From NCBI GenBank assembly GCA_051962155.1, contig JBQCCO010000203.1, forward strand, positions 409 through 64,408: 64,000 nt of DNA, read 5' to 3'. A program made the position numbers and the translations under genes. The stretch comes from Leifsonia sp. GTDB taxonomy: Bacteria; Actinomycetota; Actinomycetes; Actinomycetales; Microbacteriaceae. Shown here piece by piece: positions 17,267 to 26,974 of this stretch; position 1 is the stretch's first letter, and each line of letters opens with the position of its first letter. The notes under the pieces are model-generated. The model did no database searches, was not told the origin of the DNA, and worked only from the letters and a program-made list of their open reading frames with translations.

Positions 17267-17790
17267 GCCCGTCCCGGTGCGGCCAGGACCGTCGCGAGTG
17301 CTTGGTTCTCGCAGCGGACGCGGACGGCGAGCAGCCAGGCGTTGAGGACGGAGAACGCCAGCGCGGTGATCCACGCCGTGTGCACGAGCGGGAGCGCGAA
17401 GCCTTCGACGACGACGGCGACGTAGTTGGGATGCGTGAACCAGCGGTACGGTCCGCGCGCCACCAGGGGCAGGTCGCGGACGACGATCACCCGGGTGTTC
17501 CAGCGTGGGCCCAGCGTCGCGATGCACCACCAGCGCAGAGCCTGGCTCGCCAGCACCAGGGCGAGCATCGGCCAGCCGAGCCAGGGCAGGAAGGGGCGGT
17601 CCGCGAACCACACCTCGGCGAGGCAGGCGAGCAGCAGGGAGGTGTGCAGGGCCACCATCGGGGGGAAGTGGCCACGGCCGAACTCGACCCCGCCACGGGC
17701 GAACGACCATCTCGCATTGCGGGTCGAAACGATGAGCTCTGCGATGCGCTCCGCCCCGGTTGCGAGCACGAGGAGGCCGTACCAGATCAT
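17263..17790 (-). CDS. Isoprenylcysteine carboxyl methyltransferase (ICMT) family membrane methyltransferase, SrsB-like
   Basis: Multi-TM protein with the C-terminal motif ARGPYRWFTHPNYVAVVVEGFALPL. Confidence 0.8.
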   Translation of the reverse strand: MIWYGLLVLATGAERIAELIVSTRNARWSFARGGVEFGRGHFPPMVALHTSLLLACLAEVWFADRPFLPWLGWPMLALVLASQALRWWCIATLGPRWNTRVIVVRDLPLVARGPYRWFTHPNYVAVVVEGFALPLVHTAWITALAFSVLNAWLLAVRVRCENQALATVLAAPGRA

Positions 17791-17823
17791 GCGAGCGTCC
17801 CGATCATGGTCATACTGCCGAGA

Positions 17824-18975
17824 CTACGCAGCCGGCTCGATCATCGGCGCCGGGAGCGGCGCGCGGCGCGCCCGCCCGTCCGCCCAGCGCAGCAGCACCA
17901 GCTCGCTCGTGACACCGGGACCGAGCGCGAACAGCAACCCGATGGTGCCGACGGGGTGCGCATCCAGTTGCTCGGCCAGCACGTGCAGTACGGCGGCCGA
18001 CGAGAGGTTGCCCACAGTGGCGAGCGACCGCCAGCTGGCGTCGAGGGCGCCGTCGGGCAGGTCGAGCGCCTCGGCGAACGCCTCCAGCACTTTCGGGCCG
18101 CCGGGATGCGCGGCCCAGGCGCCCACGTCGGACACCTCCAGGTCGTGCGCCGCGAGGATGCCGCGCGCATCCCCGGCGAAGTTCCGTTCGATCACCTCGG
18201 GTACGCCGGCGCTGAGCACGATGCGGAAGCCGGTGCCCCCGATGTCCCAGCCGATGACGTCGGCCGTGTCGGGGTAGATGCGGCTGCGCGAGTCGACCAC
18301 ATCCGGACCGGCCAGTCCGAGCCGTTCCGCGCGGGCATCGCCCACCATGACGACGGCCGCCGCGCCATCGCCGAAGAGCCCGCTCGCCACGATGTTCGCC
18401 ATCGAGTCGTCGCGCGCTTGCACGGTCAGCGAGCAGAGCTCCACCGAGAGCAGCACAGCGACCTCGTCCGGATGCCCGGCCAGGTAGTCGTTGACGCGCG
18501 CGATACCGGCCGCGCCCGCGACGCATCCCAGGCCGAAGCTGGGGAGGCGCTTGACGTCGGGCCGCAATCCGAGGCGGGCGACCAGCTGCGCGTCGATCGA
18601 GGGGGCCGCGATCCCCGTCACGGAGGTGAAGAGCAGGAAGTCGACATCGGCGGGAGCGAGGCCCGCGGAGTCCAGCGCAGCCGTCACGGCGCGCTCGGCG
18701 AGGGAGGTGCCCTCGGCGATGAAGAAGTCGTTCGACTCCCGGAACGACGCCAGCGAACTGTACCGTTCGAGCGGCATCACGAGGCTCCGCGTCTGCACGC
18801 CGGATGCCGCATGGATGCGGCGCATCACCTGCTGCCGCGCCGGGTCCGAGGTGATCATCGCGAGCAGCGCCGCGGTGATCTCCCCCTGGCTGTAACTCCG
18901 GGCGGGGAGCACCGGGGCCACCGACACGATTCGGCTCACATGCGAAAGGTACCACCCGCTTCCCGGAGCGCTCAC
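17824..18975 (-). CDS. Type III polyketide synthase (chalcone/stilbene synthase family), SrsA-like
   Basis: Catalytic Cys in SFGLGCVAGAAG, His in WAAHPGGPKVLE and Asn in VGNLSSAAVLHVL. Possible alternative GTG start at 18939. Confidence 0.9.
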   Translation of the reverse strand: MSAPGSGWYLSHVSRIVSVAPVLPARSYSQGEITAALLAMITSDPARQQVMRRIHAASGVQTRSLVMPLERYSSLASFRESNDFFIAEGTSLAERAVTAALDSAGLAPADVDFLLFTSVTGIAAPSIDAQLVARLGLRPDVKRLPSFGLGCVAGAAGIARVNDYLAGHPDEVAVLLSVELCSLTVQARDDSMANIVASGLFGDGAAAVVMVGDARAERLGLAGPDVVDSRSRIYPDTADVIGWDIGGTGFRIVLSAGVPEVIERNFAGDARGILAAHDLEVSDVGAWAAHPGGPKVLEAFAEALDLPDGALDASWRSLATVGNLSSAAVLHVLAEQLDAHPVGTIGLLFALGPGVTSELVLLRWADGRARRAPLPAPMIEPAA

Positions 18976-19036
18976 GGCTTTCCGTCCCTGCTGTCGCTTC
19001 CTCCGCCGAATACGCCGGAAGCGGTGTGTCAGCGGG

Positions 19037-20209
19037 TCAATCGAGGAAGCGATGATGGAGGCGCTGGACCTCCGAGACGGCCTGCGCGAGGGGGTCGTAC
19101 AGGGGCTCGCCGGAGGTCACGCCCATCACTTCTTCCACGATGGCGGGGGCCTCCGCTTCGTCCAGGATGCGCTGCAGCTCGAGGCTCTGGCTGTCCTCGG
19201 GCACGTCGAAGCGGAGGGCGGCGGTCACGGCGGCGATCAGGGCGGCCGGCACACCCCCGACGTACTGCGCGTAGTCCGCAGCCGGACCGATGAAGCGGTC
19301 GTTGCGTCCCAGCTTCCGGAGCGGCTCGCGGCCGACGCGGGTCACCTCGTCCACCAGGTACGGATTGGTGAACCGGCCCAGGATCTTCGCCCGGTAGGCG
19401 GCGAGCTCCTCCTCCGGCAGGCCGTGCTTCGCCGACAGCGCCGCGGACGTCTCCCGCAGCGCGGCCTCGGCGGCCTCGCGCACGGCAGGGATGGCGATCG
19501 CCTCGCTGATCGTCGTCGCGCCCTCCAGGAATCCCGTGTACGCGACCGTCGCGTGCCCGGTGTTCACGGTGAACAGCTTGCGCTCGATGTACGGGCCGAG
19601 CGCATCCACGAAATGCGCGCCGGGGATGCGGGGCTCCCGCCCCTCGAACGGCGTGCGGTCGACGACCCACTCGAAGAACGTCTCGACCGTGACATCCACT
19701 CCGGCGTCCGGCGCTTGCGCGGGCACGATGCGGTCGACCGCCGTGTTGGCGAACACGGCACGTGCGGCCAGCCTCTCGCGGGTATCGTCGTCCGGCAGCC
19801 CGTCCATCAGCTCGGCCGCCAGCAGGTCGGAGGCGCCGATCGCGTTCTCGCACGCCATCACCGCGAGGCGCGGAGCGCCGTCCGCACGTGCGGCCAGGCC
19901 GCGGGCGATCACCGGCGCCACGAAGCGCAGGATGCGCGGGCCGACCGCGGTCGTCACCACATCCGCCGTGGCGATCTCGGCGACCAGCGCATCCTCGTCG
20001 GTCGCGCTGTTGATCGCACGGAAACCGGTGACCGTCGTCGTCTGCGACTCCTCGCCGACCAGGTGCACCCGGTAGGAGTCGGCGGCCGCGAGAGCATCGA
20101 TCAGCTCCGCGTTGACGTCGGCGAACACGACCTCGTAGCCGGCTTCGTGGAGCAGGAGCCCCACGAAGCCGCGCCCGATGTTGCCCGCGCCGAAGTGGAC
20201 CGCCTTCAC
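19037..20209 (-). CDS. mtlD: Mannitol-1-phosphate 5-dehydrogenase
   Basis: [16 protein letters not shown]-terminus, [11 protein letters not shown] and [10 protein letters not shown] motifs. Confidence 0.9.
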   Translation of the reverse strand: MKAVHFGAGNIGRGFVGLLLHEAGYEVVFADVNAELIDALAAADSYRVHLVGEESQTTTVTGFRAINSATDEDALVAEIATADVVTTAVGPRILRFVAPVIARGLAARADGAPRLAVMACENAIGASDLLAAELMDGLPDDDTRERLAARAVFANTAVDRIVPAQAPDAGVDVTVETFFEWVVDRTPFEGREPRIPGAHFVDALGPYIERKLFTVNTGHATVAYTGFLEGATTISEAIAIPAVREAAEAALRETSAALSAKHGLPEEELAAYRAKILGRFTNPYLVDEVTRVGREPLRKLGRNDRFIGPAADYAQYVGGVPAALIAAVTAALRFDVPEDSQSLELQRILDEAEAPAIVEEVMGVTSGEPLYDPLAQAVSEVQRLHHRFLD

Positions 20210-20249
20210 GCGACTGCCTTCATTCGACTGCTCCTCATCGTGATCCCGC

Positions 20250-20687
20250 CTATTCGTTGACGTCGCCGAGGAGGGCGAACAGTGCGTCCGCGTCCGGGGC
20301 GTCGATCAGCTTCTGGACATCGTCCTCCTCGGAGAAGAGGGTGGCGATCTTCGACAGGATCTCCAGGTGCTCGTTGTTCTGCCCGGCGATCCCGACGACG
20401 AACCGCACCTCCTCGCCGCCCCAGTCGAGCGGCGAGGAGTAGCGGATGAAGGACAGGGCCGACCGCTTGATCTCGTCCTTGGACTCGTTGGTGCCGTGCG
20501 GGATGGCCATGCCGTTCCCCATGAACGTCGAGACGGTGTTCTCGCGCTCCTGCATCGAGTCGACGTAGTCCGGATCGACGGCGCCCGCCCCGACGAGCAG
20601 CTCACCCGCCTCCGGGATCGGGTCCTCCCGCGTGGCCGCGGCGCCCGCGGCCACGACGTTCGCCCGGTCGAGAATGGTGTCGGTCAT
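20250..20687 (-). CDS. mtlF: PTS mannitol-specific EIIA component
   Basis: [12 protein letters not shown] (phosphorylatable His context) and [16 protein letters not shown]. The ATG overlaps the mtlA stop (ATGA). Confidence 0.85.
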   Translation of the reverse strand: MTDTILDRANVVAAGAAATREDPIPEAGELLVGAGAVDPDYVDSMQERENTVSTFMGNGMAIPHGTNESKDEIKRSALSFIRYSSPLDWGGEEVRFVVGIAGQNNEHLEILSKIATLFSEEDDVQKLIDAPDADALFALLGDVNE

Positions 20688-22297
20688 TTCGTGGCATCCT
20701 CCGTGGTCTTCTGCTGGCTGGCGACGAGCTGGACGACCTCGTCGTACTTCGGGCTGTTCATGAAGTTGTCGACCGACACGTGGACCGAGTCGGGTGACTG
20801 GCCCTTGGCGCGGTCGGTCAGCTCGCGTTGCGTGATGACGAGGTCGGCGGTGCCGTCGAGGTTGCTGATGGCCTGGTTGGTCACCGTCACCCCTTCGACT
20901 CCGGCCTTCTTGAACTTGTTCCGCAGCACCGAGGCGCCCATCGCGCTCGATCCCATTCCAGCGTCGCATGCGAACACGATGTTCTGCACCAGTCGCGTCG
21001 TGGCGTCGCCCTGCGCGTCGCCGGTGTCGTGCTCGCCCTCTCGGACGAGACCCCCGAGCACCGAGGACGACTTGCCCTTGTTCGCTTCGGTCTGTGCGAC
21101 GGCGGCCGACAGGTCCCCCGCGTTGCCTGCGGCGAGGTCACGGCGGCGGCTGGAGCGCAGGATGATGGATCCCACGAGGAAGGACACTGCCGCCGCACCG
21201 ATCACCGAGAGGGTCACGCCGACGACGCTGTCGCCTGGCGACTGGATCAGGACGGCGATGATCGAGCCGGGGGAGGCTGGAGCACGCAGGCCGGATCCGA
21301 ACGTGACATTGATCGCGATGCCGGTCATGCCGCCGAGGATGGCCGCGATGATCATCATCGGCTTCATCAGCACATACGGGAAGTAGATCTCGTGGATGCC
21401 ACCGACGAACTGGATCAGGGCGGCGCCGGGCGCGCTGGCCCGAGCGATACCCAGGCCGAAGACCGAATAGGCCATCAGGATGCCGAAGCCGGGCCCAGGG
21501 TTGGCCTCGAGCAGGAACAGGATGGACTTGCCGGTCTGGTGCGCCTGCTCGATGCCCAGGGGCGTGAGCACCCCGTGGTTGATCGCGTTGTTGAGGAACA
21601 GCACCTTGCCCGGTTCGATCAGGATGCTCGCCAGCGGCAGCAGGTGCGCCGAGACCAGCCAGTTGACCGCGCTGCTGAGTACCGCGCTCAGCCACTCGAC
21701 GATCGGCGCGATCCCGAAGAAAGCCCCGATCGAGAGCAGCATGCCCACGATTCCGGCCGAGAAGTTGTTCACCAGCATCTCGAAGCCGGCCTTGATCTTG
21801 CCGTCCCAGAGCTGGTCGACCTTCTTCATCACGTAGGCGCCGAGCGGGCCCAGGATCATCGCGCCGATGAACATCGGGATGGTCGAGCCGACGATCACAC
21901 CCATCGTCGCGATGCAGCCGACGACACCGCCGCGGACGCCGTAGACCATGCGCCCACCGGTGTTGGCGATGAGCAGCGGAAGCAGATAGGTGATCATCGG
22001 GCCGACAAGCCCGACGTACTGCTGGAACGTGTGGCCACTCGGGTCCTGGGCGAGTGCGGTGGCCGCACCCTGCCATCCGATCTTCGCCTGGTCGCCGAAC
22101 CCGCCGAGGATGGGACTGATGGCCCAATGGGTGTTCTGCAGCCAGCCGGTCGCGATGAACAGGGCGGTGATGAGTCCCCAGGCGATGAACGCGGGGATGT
22201 TGGGCATCACCATATTGGAGAGGAACGTGCCGAAGCGCTGCACGTGGACGCGCGCTCCGCCCGGCTTCTTCGCCGACTCCAGTGTCGCCGATGTCAT
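20684..22297 (-). CDS. mtlA: PTS mannitol transporter EIICB
   Basis: VQRFGTFLSNMVMPNIPAFIAWG N-terminus. Multi-TM IIC domain, then a IIB domain with FACDAGMGSSAMGASVLR (active Cys). Confidence 0.9.
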   Translation of the reverse strand: MTSATLESAKKPGGARVHVQRFGTFLSNMVMPNIPAFIAWGLITALFIATGWLQNTHWAISPILGGFGDQAKIGWQGAATALAQDPSGHTFQQYVGLVGPMITYLLPLLIANTGGRMVYGVRGGVVGCIATMGVIVGSTIPMFIGAMILGPLGAYVMKKVDQLWDGKIKAGFEMLVNNFSAGIVGMLLSIGAFFGIAPIVEWLSAVLSSAVNWLVSAHLLPLASILIEPGKVLFLNNAINHGVLTPLGIEQAHQTGKSILFLLEANPGPGFGILMAYSVFGLGIARASAPGAALIQFVGGIHEIYFPYVLMKPMMIIAAILGGMTGIAINVTFGSGLRAPASPGSIIAVLIQSPGDSVVGVTLSVIGAAAVSFLVGSIILRSSRRRDLAAGNAGDLSAAVAQTEANKGKSSSVLGGLVREGEHDTGDAQGDATTRLVQNIVFACDAGMGSSAMGASVLRNKFKKAGVEGVTVTNQAISNLDGTADLVITQRELTDRAKGQSPDSVHVSVDNFMNSPKYDEVVQLVASQQKTTEDATK

Positions 22298-24117
22298 GGT
22301 GTTTCCTCGTTTCTATCGGCCTGTGCCGATCCGTCGGGGTTTCTTGGTGAGGTGAACCGTTCGGCGGCCGCACGGACCGCGTCCCGGGCTTCGGCCGCGC
22401 TATCGGCGGCCAGGGCGGTCTCGGCCAGCGAACGTGCCTGGCCGAGGGTGTAGCGCTTGAGGGACAGCCGCACGTCGGCGAGTGCCGCCGGCGACATGGA
22501 GAGGGTGGTCGCGCCGAGTCCGACGAGCACCACGGCCAGCAGCGGGTCCGCTGCCGCCTCGCCGCAGATGCCGACCGGCTTCCGGCGTGCCACCCCCGCA
22601 GCACCGACCTCGCCGATGAGGCGAAGGACGGCGGGATGCCAGGGATCCTGGAACCCGGCGACGGAGCCGAGCAGGCGGTCGGCGGCGAGCGTGTACTGCG
22701 TGAGGTCGTTGGTGCCGATCGAGGCGAAGTCCGCGACCTGCAGCACCCGGTCGGCGAGGAGCGCGGCCGAAGGCACCTCCACCATGACGCCGACGGTCTT
22801 CAGCCCGTACTCGCGCCCGAGCTCGGTGAAGTAGCGCGTCTCCTCGATGGTGGAGACCATCGGGGCCATCACCCAGAGGTCGGCGTCGGTCTGCGCGTCG
22901 GCTTCGGCGAGGGCGGTCAGCTGCTCGCGGAGGATGTCCTCGTTCGCGCGCAGCGAGCGGAGGCCGCGGAGGCCGAGCGCCGGGTTGTCCTCGTGGGCGT
23001 CGTTGAGGAACTCGAGGGGCTTGTCGGCGCCGGCGTCGAGCACGCGCACGACGACCTTCCTTCCGCCGCCGAACGCGCTCAGGAGCTTCACGTACTGCTC
23101 CCGCTGCTGCTCGACCGTCGGGGCCAGCCGCTGGTCGAGGAAGAGGAACTCGGTCCGGAACAGGCCGACGCCCTCCGCGCCGAGAGCCACGGCCTCCTCC
23201 GCCCCATCGGCGGATCCGAGGTTGGCGAGCAGCGGGATGGCCGTCCCATCCGCCAAGGCGCCAGGCTCGACGGCTCCGGCGAGGGCGGCGGCGCGTTCCG
23301 CGATGCGGCGCTCCGCGCCGGCGCGCTCGTCCGCGGACGGGGAGACGGTGACGGTGCCGGCCGCCGCATCCACGATGACGTCGTCGCCGTCGGCCAGGCG
23401 GTCGGCACCGGCGGCGCCGACGATCGCGACGATCGACTTCTCACGGGCGAGGATCGCCGTGTGCGAGGTCGGACCGCCCTCGGTCGTGACCAGCCCGAGG
23501 ACCTTGGTCAAGTCGAGGAGGGCCGTGTCGGCCGGTGCGAGGTCGTGGGCGACCAGGACGAACGGCCGGTCGGACTGCGGGACGCCCGGGGCGGGCTTGC
23601 CCTCGAGAGCGGCGACGACACGCTGCGAGACGTCGTCCAGGTCGCCGGCGCGCTCGCCCATGTAGCCGCCCAGATCCTTCAGCATGTCGCGGAACACCGC
23701 GAAGCCTTCGAAGACCGCACGCTCGGCGGTCTTGCCGCCGTCGATGCGGGAGGCGACATCGTCGGCGAGAGTGGAGTCCTCGGCCATCATCGACTGCGCC
23801 TCGAGCACGTCAGCCGCGGTGCCTTCGACGGTGGATGCGCGCCGGCGCAGGTCCGCCGCGACCGTGGCCACCGCATCCCGGACCCGGGCCTTCTCCTCGT
23901 CGGGGGTGCGCTCGCTGTGCTCGTCCGTCGGCTCCGGCAGCGGGGCCGACATCCGGAGGACAGGCCCCACGGCGACGCCCTGGCCGATGCCGGCGCCGGT
24001 CAGAACGGCGCTCGAGCTGGGGATGCCCGTGCGGGTCACGACGCTGTCGCCGCTTGTGTTCTGCTCGCTTGTGTTCTGCTCGCTCGTGCTCTGCTCGCTC
24101 ATGGTGTGCTCGCTCAT
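22294..24117 (-). CDS. ptsI: Phosphoenolpyruvate-protein phosphotransferase (PTS Enzyme I)
   Basis: GGPTSHTAILAR (active His), FRTEFLF and SIGTNDLTQYTLA motifs. Unusual SEQ(N/S)T-repeat N-terminal extension. ATGA overlap with mtlA. Confidence 0.9.
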   Translation of the reverse strand: MSEHTMSEQSTSEQNTSEQNTSGDSVVTRTGIPSSSAVLTGAGIGQGVAVGPVLRMSAPLPEPTDEHSERTPDEEKARVRDAVATVAADLRRRASTVEGTAADVLEAQSMMAEDSTLADDVASRIDGGKTAERAVFEGFAVFRDMLKDLGGYMGERAGDLDDVSQRVVAALEGKPAPGVPQSDRPFVLVAHDLAPADTALLDLTKVLGLVTTEGGPTSHTAILAREKSIVAIVGAAGADRLADGDDVIVDAAAGTVTVSPSADERAGAERRIAERAAALAGAVEPGALADGTAIPLLANLGSADGAEEAVALGAEGVGLFRTEFLFLDQRLAPTVEQQREQYVKLLSAFGGGRKVVVRVLDAGADKPLEFLNDAHEDNPALGLRGLRSLRANEDILREQLTALAEADAQTDADLWVMAPMVSTIEETRYFTELGREYGLKTVGVMVEVPSAALLADRVLQVADFASIGTNDLTQYTLAADRLLGSVAGFQDPWHPAVLRLIGEVGAAGVARRKPVGICGEAAADPLLAVVLVGLGATTLSMSPAALADVRLSLKRYTLGQARSLAETALAADSAAEARDAVRAAAERFTSPRNPDGSAQADRNEETP

Positions 24118-24119
24118 GC

Positions 24120-24386
24120 TCAGGCGTCGTGGTCCGTGGCGAGGATCTCGGCCAGGTCGTCCAGGACGGCCTCGCCGTTGTGCGCGTCGGTGGTGAGCAC
24201 GATCTTGTCGCCGTGGTCGATGCCCAGGGAGATCACGCCGAGGATGCTGCCGGCGTCGACCGTCCTGCCGCCCTCCTTGGTCAGCTTCACGGCCGCGCCG
24301 GAGCCGTTCACGGCCTCGACGAAGAGTTTCGCGGGGCGGGCGTGCAATCCGTGCGTCGATCCGACGGTGATGATCCGTTCAGCCAT
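24120..24386 (-). CDS. ptsH: Phosphocarrier protein HPr
   Basis: 88 aa with GLHARPA (His15 context) and the SILGVISLG region. Confidence 0.9.
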   Translation of the reverse strand: MAERIITVGSTHGLHARPAKLFVEAVNGSGAAVKLTKEGGRTVDAGSILGVISLGIDHGDKIVLTTDAHNGEAVLDDLAEILATDHDA

Positions 24387-24452
24387 GGTTCCGATCTCCT
24401 TCGTTCCGTGCCGGCCGGGTGTCGGCCGCCGCCATCCGTTCGATGGCGCTGC

Positions 24453-24761
24453 TCACAGTCTCGTCGCCTTCGCGCCGAGGGCCAGGTCCAGTGCGGCGTC
24501 CCCGTCGAGCGCCGCCGGTGAGACCGGCGGCAGGACGGCGATGGCGGTGCCGCTGGCGGCGGCACGCTCGCGGAGGGCCGCGACCGCGGACTCCAGGTGC
24601 GCTCCGACGAGCACCACATCCACACCGGCGAGGGACTCCAGCTGGCTCGCGCTGCCGGGTTGGACCTCGACGGCGACGCCGCGCAGCCGGGCCGCAGCGC
24701 GCAGCTTGACGGCGACGAACGTGCTGGACGCGCCGGCGCCGCAGACGACCACGATCTTCAT
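24453..24761 (-). CDS. PTS EIIB-like protein (lactose/cellobiose-type PTS_IIB fold)
   Basis: MKIVVVCGAGASSTFVAVKLR (active-site Cys context), about 102 aa. First gene of the minus-strand PTS operon. Confidence 0.65.
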   Translation of the reverse strand: MKIVVVCGAGASSTFVAVKLRAAARLRGVAVEVQPGSASQLESLAGVDVVLVGAHLESAVAALRERAAASGTAIAVLPPVSPAALDGDAALDLALGAKATRL

Positions 24762-24930
24762 CGATCTTGCCTTTCCGGGTGACGCTGGGTGGGACGGGAG
24801 GAACGCCACCATGCTCACCCGGCCCCGGCGATCCCCTCCAGCAGCGTTTCTTCCGGGGGTGCGGAAAGATCGCCGGAATCCGCCGCCCGGCCGTGCCCGG
24901 GTGGTTGACTCATCGAGGAAGGTGGTCCTG

Positions 24931-26835
24931 GTGGCGCTCTCGGCGAAGCAGACGAGGATGCTCGACATCCTCGCGCGTCGTGCTGCCTGGACGACGGCCG
25001 CAGAGCTCGCCCACGATCTCGGCGTGACGACGCGCAGCATCCGCAGCTACGCCGCAGCACTGGGCGAGGTGGTCGAGTCGGGGCCGAACGGCTATCGCGT
25101 CAAGCCCGACGCCTACGCGGCGTACCTCGCGGGCGACGGGACATCCGAGGCGGGCACGGCCGGCTCCCCCCAGGAGCGGCTCGTCTTCCTCGTGCGGCGC
25201 CTGCTCGACGAGCCCGGCGGCGTGGACGTGTACGAGACCGCCGAGAGCCTGTTCGTCAGCGACTCGACCATCGAATCCGACCTGACCCGGATGCGCGGCC
25301 TCCTCGCGGGCACCGAGCTGTCGCTCGAACGGCACGGCGCCGTCGTGCGGTTGCTCGGGCCGGAGATCGCGCGGCGCAAGCTGCTGAGCCGGCTGTTCCG
25401 CGACGAGATGCGGCAGAGCGTCGTGGATGTGGCGCGCATCCAGGAGGCCTTCGGCTCGAGAGGACTGGCCGAGTTCAAGTCGGACCTCGTCGGGATGCTG
25501 GATGCCCGCGGCTTCTTCGTGAACGAGTACGGCATCAACGACGTGCTCCTCCACATGGCCGTGGCGCTCGACCGGGTCGCGAAGAACCGCGTGCTGCCGA
25601 CGGTGGAGGAGCCGGAGACGAGCGAGACCATCCGGTCGCTGGCCCGCGACCTCGGGGAGCTCATCGAACGGCACTTCGGCACCGCACTCGACCCCACGGA
25701 GCTGCGCTACCTGGCCATCCTCATGCGCACCCGGGTCATCGCGCCGGGAGCCGGGAGGGACGGCGTCGAGGAGTTCGTCAGTCCCGCCGACCTCGACGTC
25801 GTCCGGGGAATCATCGACCGCGCCTCCAGCGAGTACCTCGTCGACCTCCACGACGAGGACTTCATCGTCCGGCTCACCCTGCACGTGCAGAACCTCGTCG
25901 CCCGTGCGCACGAGAACACCTTCTCCCGTAACCCCCTCACCCGGTCGATCAAGAGCTCGTATCCGATGATCTACGAGCTCGCGGTCTACATCGCCAGCCG
26001 GCTGCAGGCCGCGGAGGGGATCGAGGTCAACGACGACGAGATCGCCTACATCGCCATGCATGTTGGGGCGTACCTGGAGCAGCAGTCCCGGCGCCGGGAT
26101 GCGGTCACGTGCGCGGTCGTGTGTCCCAACTACTACGACATGCACATCCTGCTGCGCGACCGGCTCGAGAGCGTCCTCAGCGACGAGCTCGACATCACCA
26201 GCGTCATCACGTCGACGGACGTCAACTGGGACACCATCGACGCCGACCTGGTGCTCACCACGATCGACCCGCTGGTCCGCCGTGAGAACACCGTGATCGT
26301 GCAGCCGTTCCTGACCGAGACGGATGTGGAGCACATCCGGCAGGCCGCGTCGCGCATCCGTCGCCAACGGCACCGGGCGCGCATCAAGAGCGAGCTGCTG
26401 GAGTACTTCGACGAGAGTCTGTTCCTGCGCAACTTCTACGCCCGTGACCCGATCACGATGATCCGCGCACTCGGCGACCGGATGATCGCGGCCGGGGCCA
26501 TCGACCGCGAGTACGTCGAGCAGAGCGTGGAGCGCGAGCAGATGTCCTCCACCGCGTTCACGGACTCCCTCGCCGTCCCGCACGCGATGACGATGCGCGC
26601 GAAGCGGACGGCGATCGCGATCGTGGTCAACGACACGGCGATCGACTGGGGGGATGCGCGGGTCAACGTGATCGCGTTCATCGCGTTCTCGGCCGAGGGC
26701 CGGGCGTCGTTCCAGACGGTCTTCGACCAGTTCGTCGAGGTGTTCTCCGACCGGGAGACCGTCCTCGGCCTCATCCGCCGCTCCGACACCTTCACCACCT
26801 TCATCGACGAGCTCGTCCGCATCATCGACGCCTGA
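24931..26835 (+). CDS. PRD-containing PTS-regulated transcriptional activator (MtlR/LicR type: HTH, PRD, PRD, EIIB-like, EIIA-like)
   Basis: HTH TTAAELAHDLGVTTRSIRSY. PRD histidines in NDVLLHMAVALDR and IAYIAMHVGAY. Cys in CAVVCPNYYD. EIIA(Mtl/Ntr)-like LAVPHAMT. GTG start 9 nt after GAGGAAGG. The upstream 2.3 kb of the same open frame is antisense to ptsI/ptsH and was rejected. Confidence 0.85.
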   Translation: MALSAKQTRMLDILARRAAWTTAAELAHDLGVTTRSIRSYAAALGEVVESGPNGYRVKPDAYAAYLAGDGTSEAGTAGSPQERLVFLVRRLLDEPGGVDVYETAESLFVSDSTIESDLTRMRGLLAGTELSLERHGAVVRLLGPEIARRKLLSRLFRDEMRQSVVDVARIQEAFGSRGLAEFKSDLVGMLDARGFFVNEYGINDVLLHMAVALDRVAKNRVLPTVEEPETSETIRSLARDLGELIERHFGTALDPTELRYLAILMRTRVIAPGAGRDGVEEFVSPADLDVVRGIIDRASSEYLVDLHDEDFIVRLTLHVQNLVARAHENTFSRNPLTRSIKSSYPMIYELAVYIASRLQAAEGIEVNDDEIAYIAMHVGAYLEQQSRRRDAVTCAVVCPNYYDMHILLRDRLESVLSDELDITSVITSTDVNWDTIDADLVLTTIDPLVRRENTVIVQPFLTETDVEHIRQAASRIRRQRHRARIKSELLEYFDESLFLRNFYARDPITMIRALGDRMIAAGAIDREYVEQSVEREQMSSTAFTDSLAVPHAMTMRAKRTAIAIVVNDTAIDWGDARVNVIAFIAFSAEGRASFQTVFDQFVEVFSDRETVLGLIRRSDTFTTFIDELVRIIDA

Positions 26836-26876
26836 CCCGCTCCCGCCCCGCTCCCTCCCGCTCCCTCAAACCCGAA

Positions 26877-26955
26877 CCGCCCACCATCGAGTCCGCAGAG
26901 ACTGCACGGGAATCGCGGGATTCTGTGCAGTCTTCGTGTAGTCGATGGTGGGCGG
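26877..26955. repeat. Palindromic intergenic repeat element, copy A (REP/MITE-like; probably also a bidirectional terminator)
   Basis: CCGCCCACCATCGAGTCCGCAGAGACTGCAC ... GTGCAGTCTTCGTGTAGTCGATGGTGGGCGG. The arms are about 85-88% identical to copy B at 30502-30600. Confidence 0.7.
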
Positions 26956-26974
26956 TGAGGTGCGGTGAGGCGCG

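Noticed and set aside
22636-24930. The 5' two-thirds of the 1399-aa plus-strand ORF (22636-26835).
   Set aside because: It is antisense to ptsI, ptsH and the EIIB gene, which have unmistakable motifs. The translation is Arg/Gly/Ala/Pro-rich with no motifs. Only the part from the GTG at 24931 (MtlR-like) is credible.
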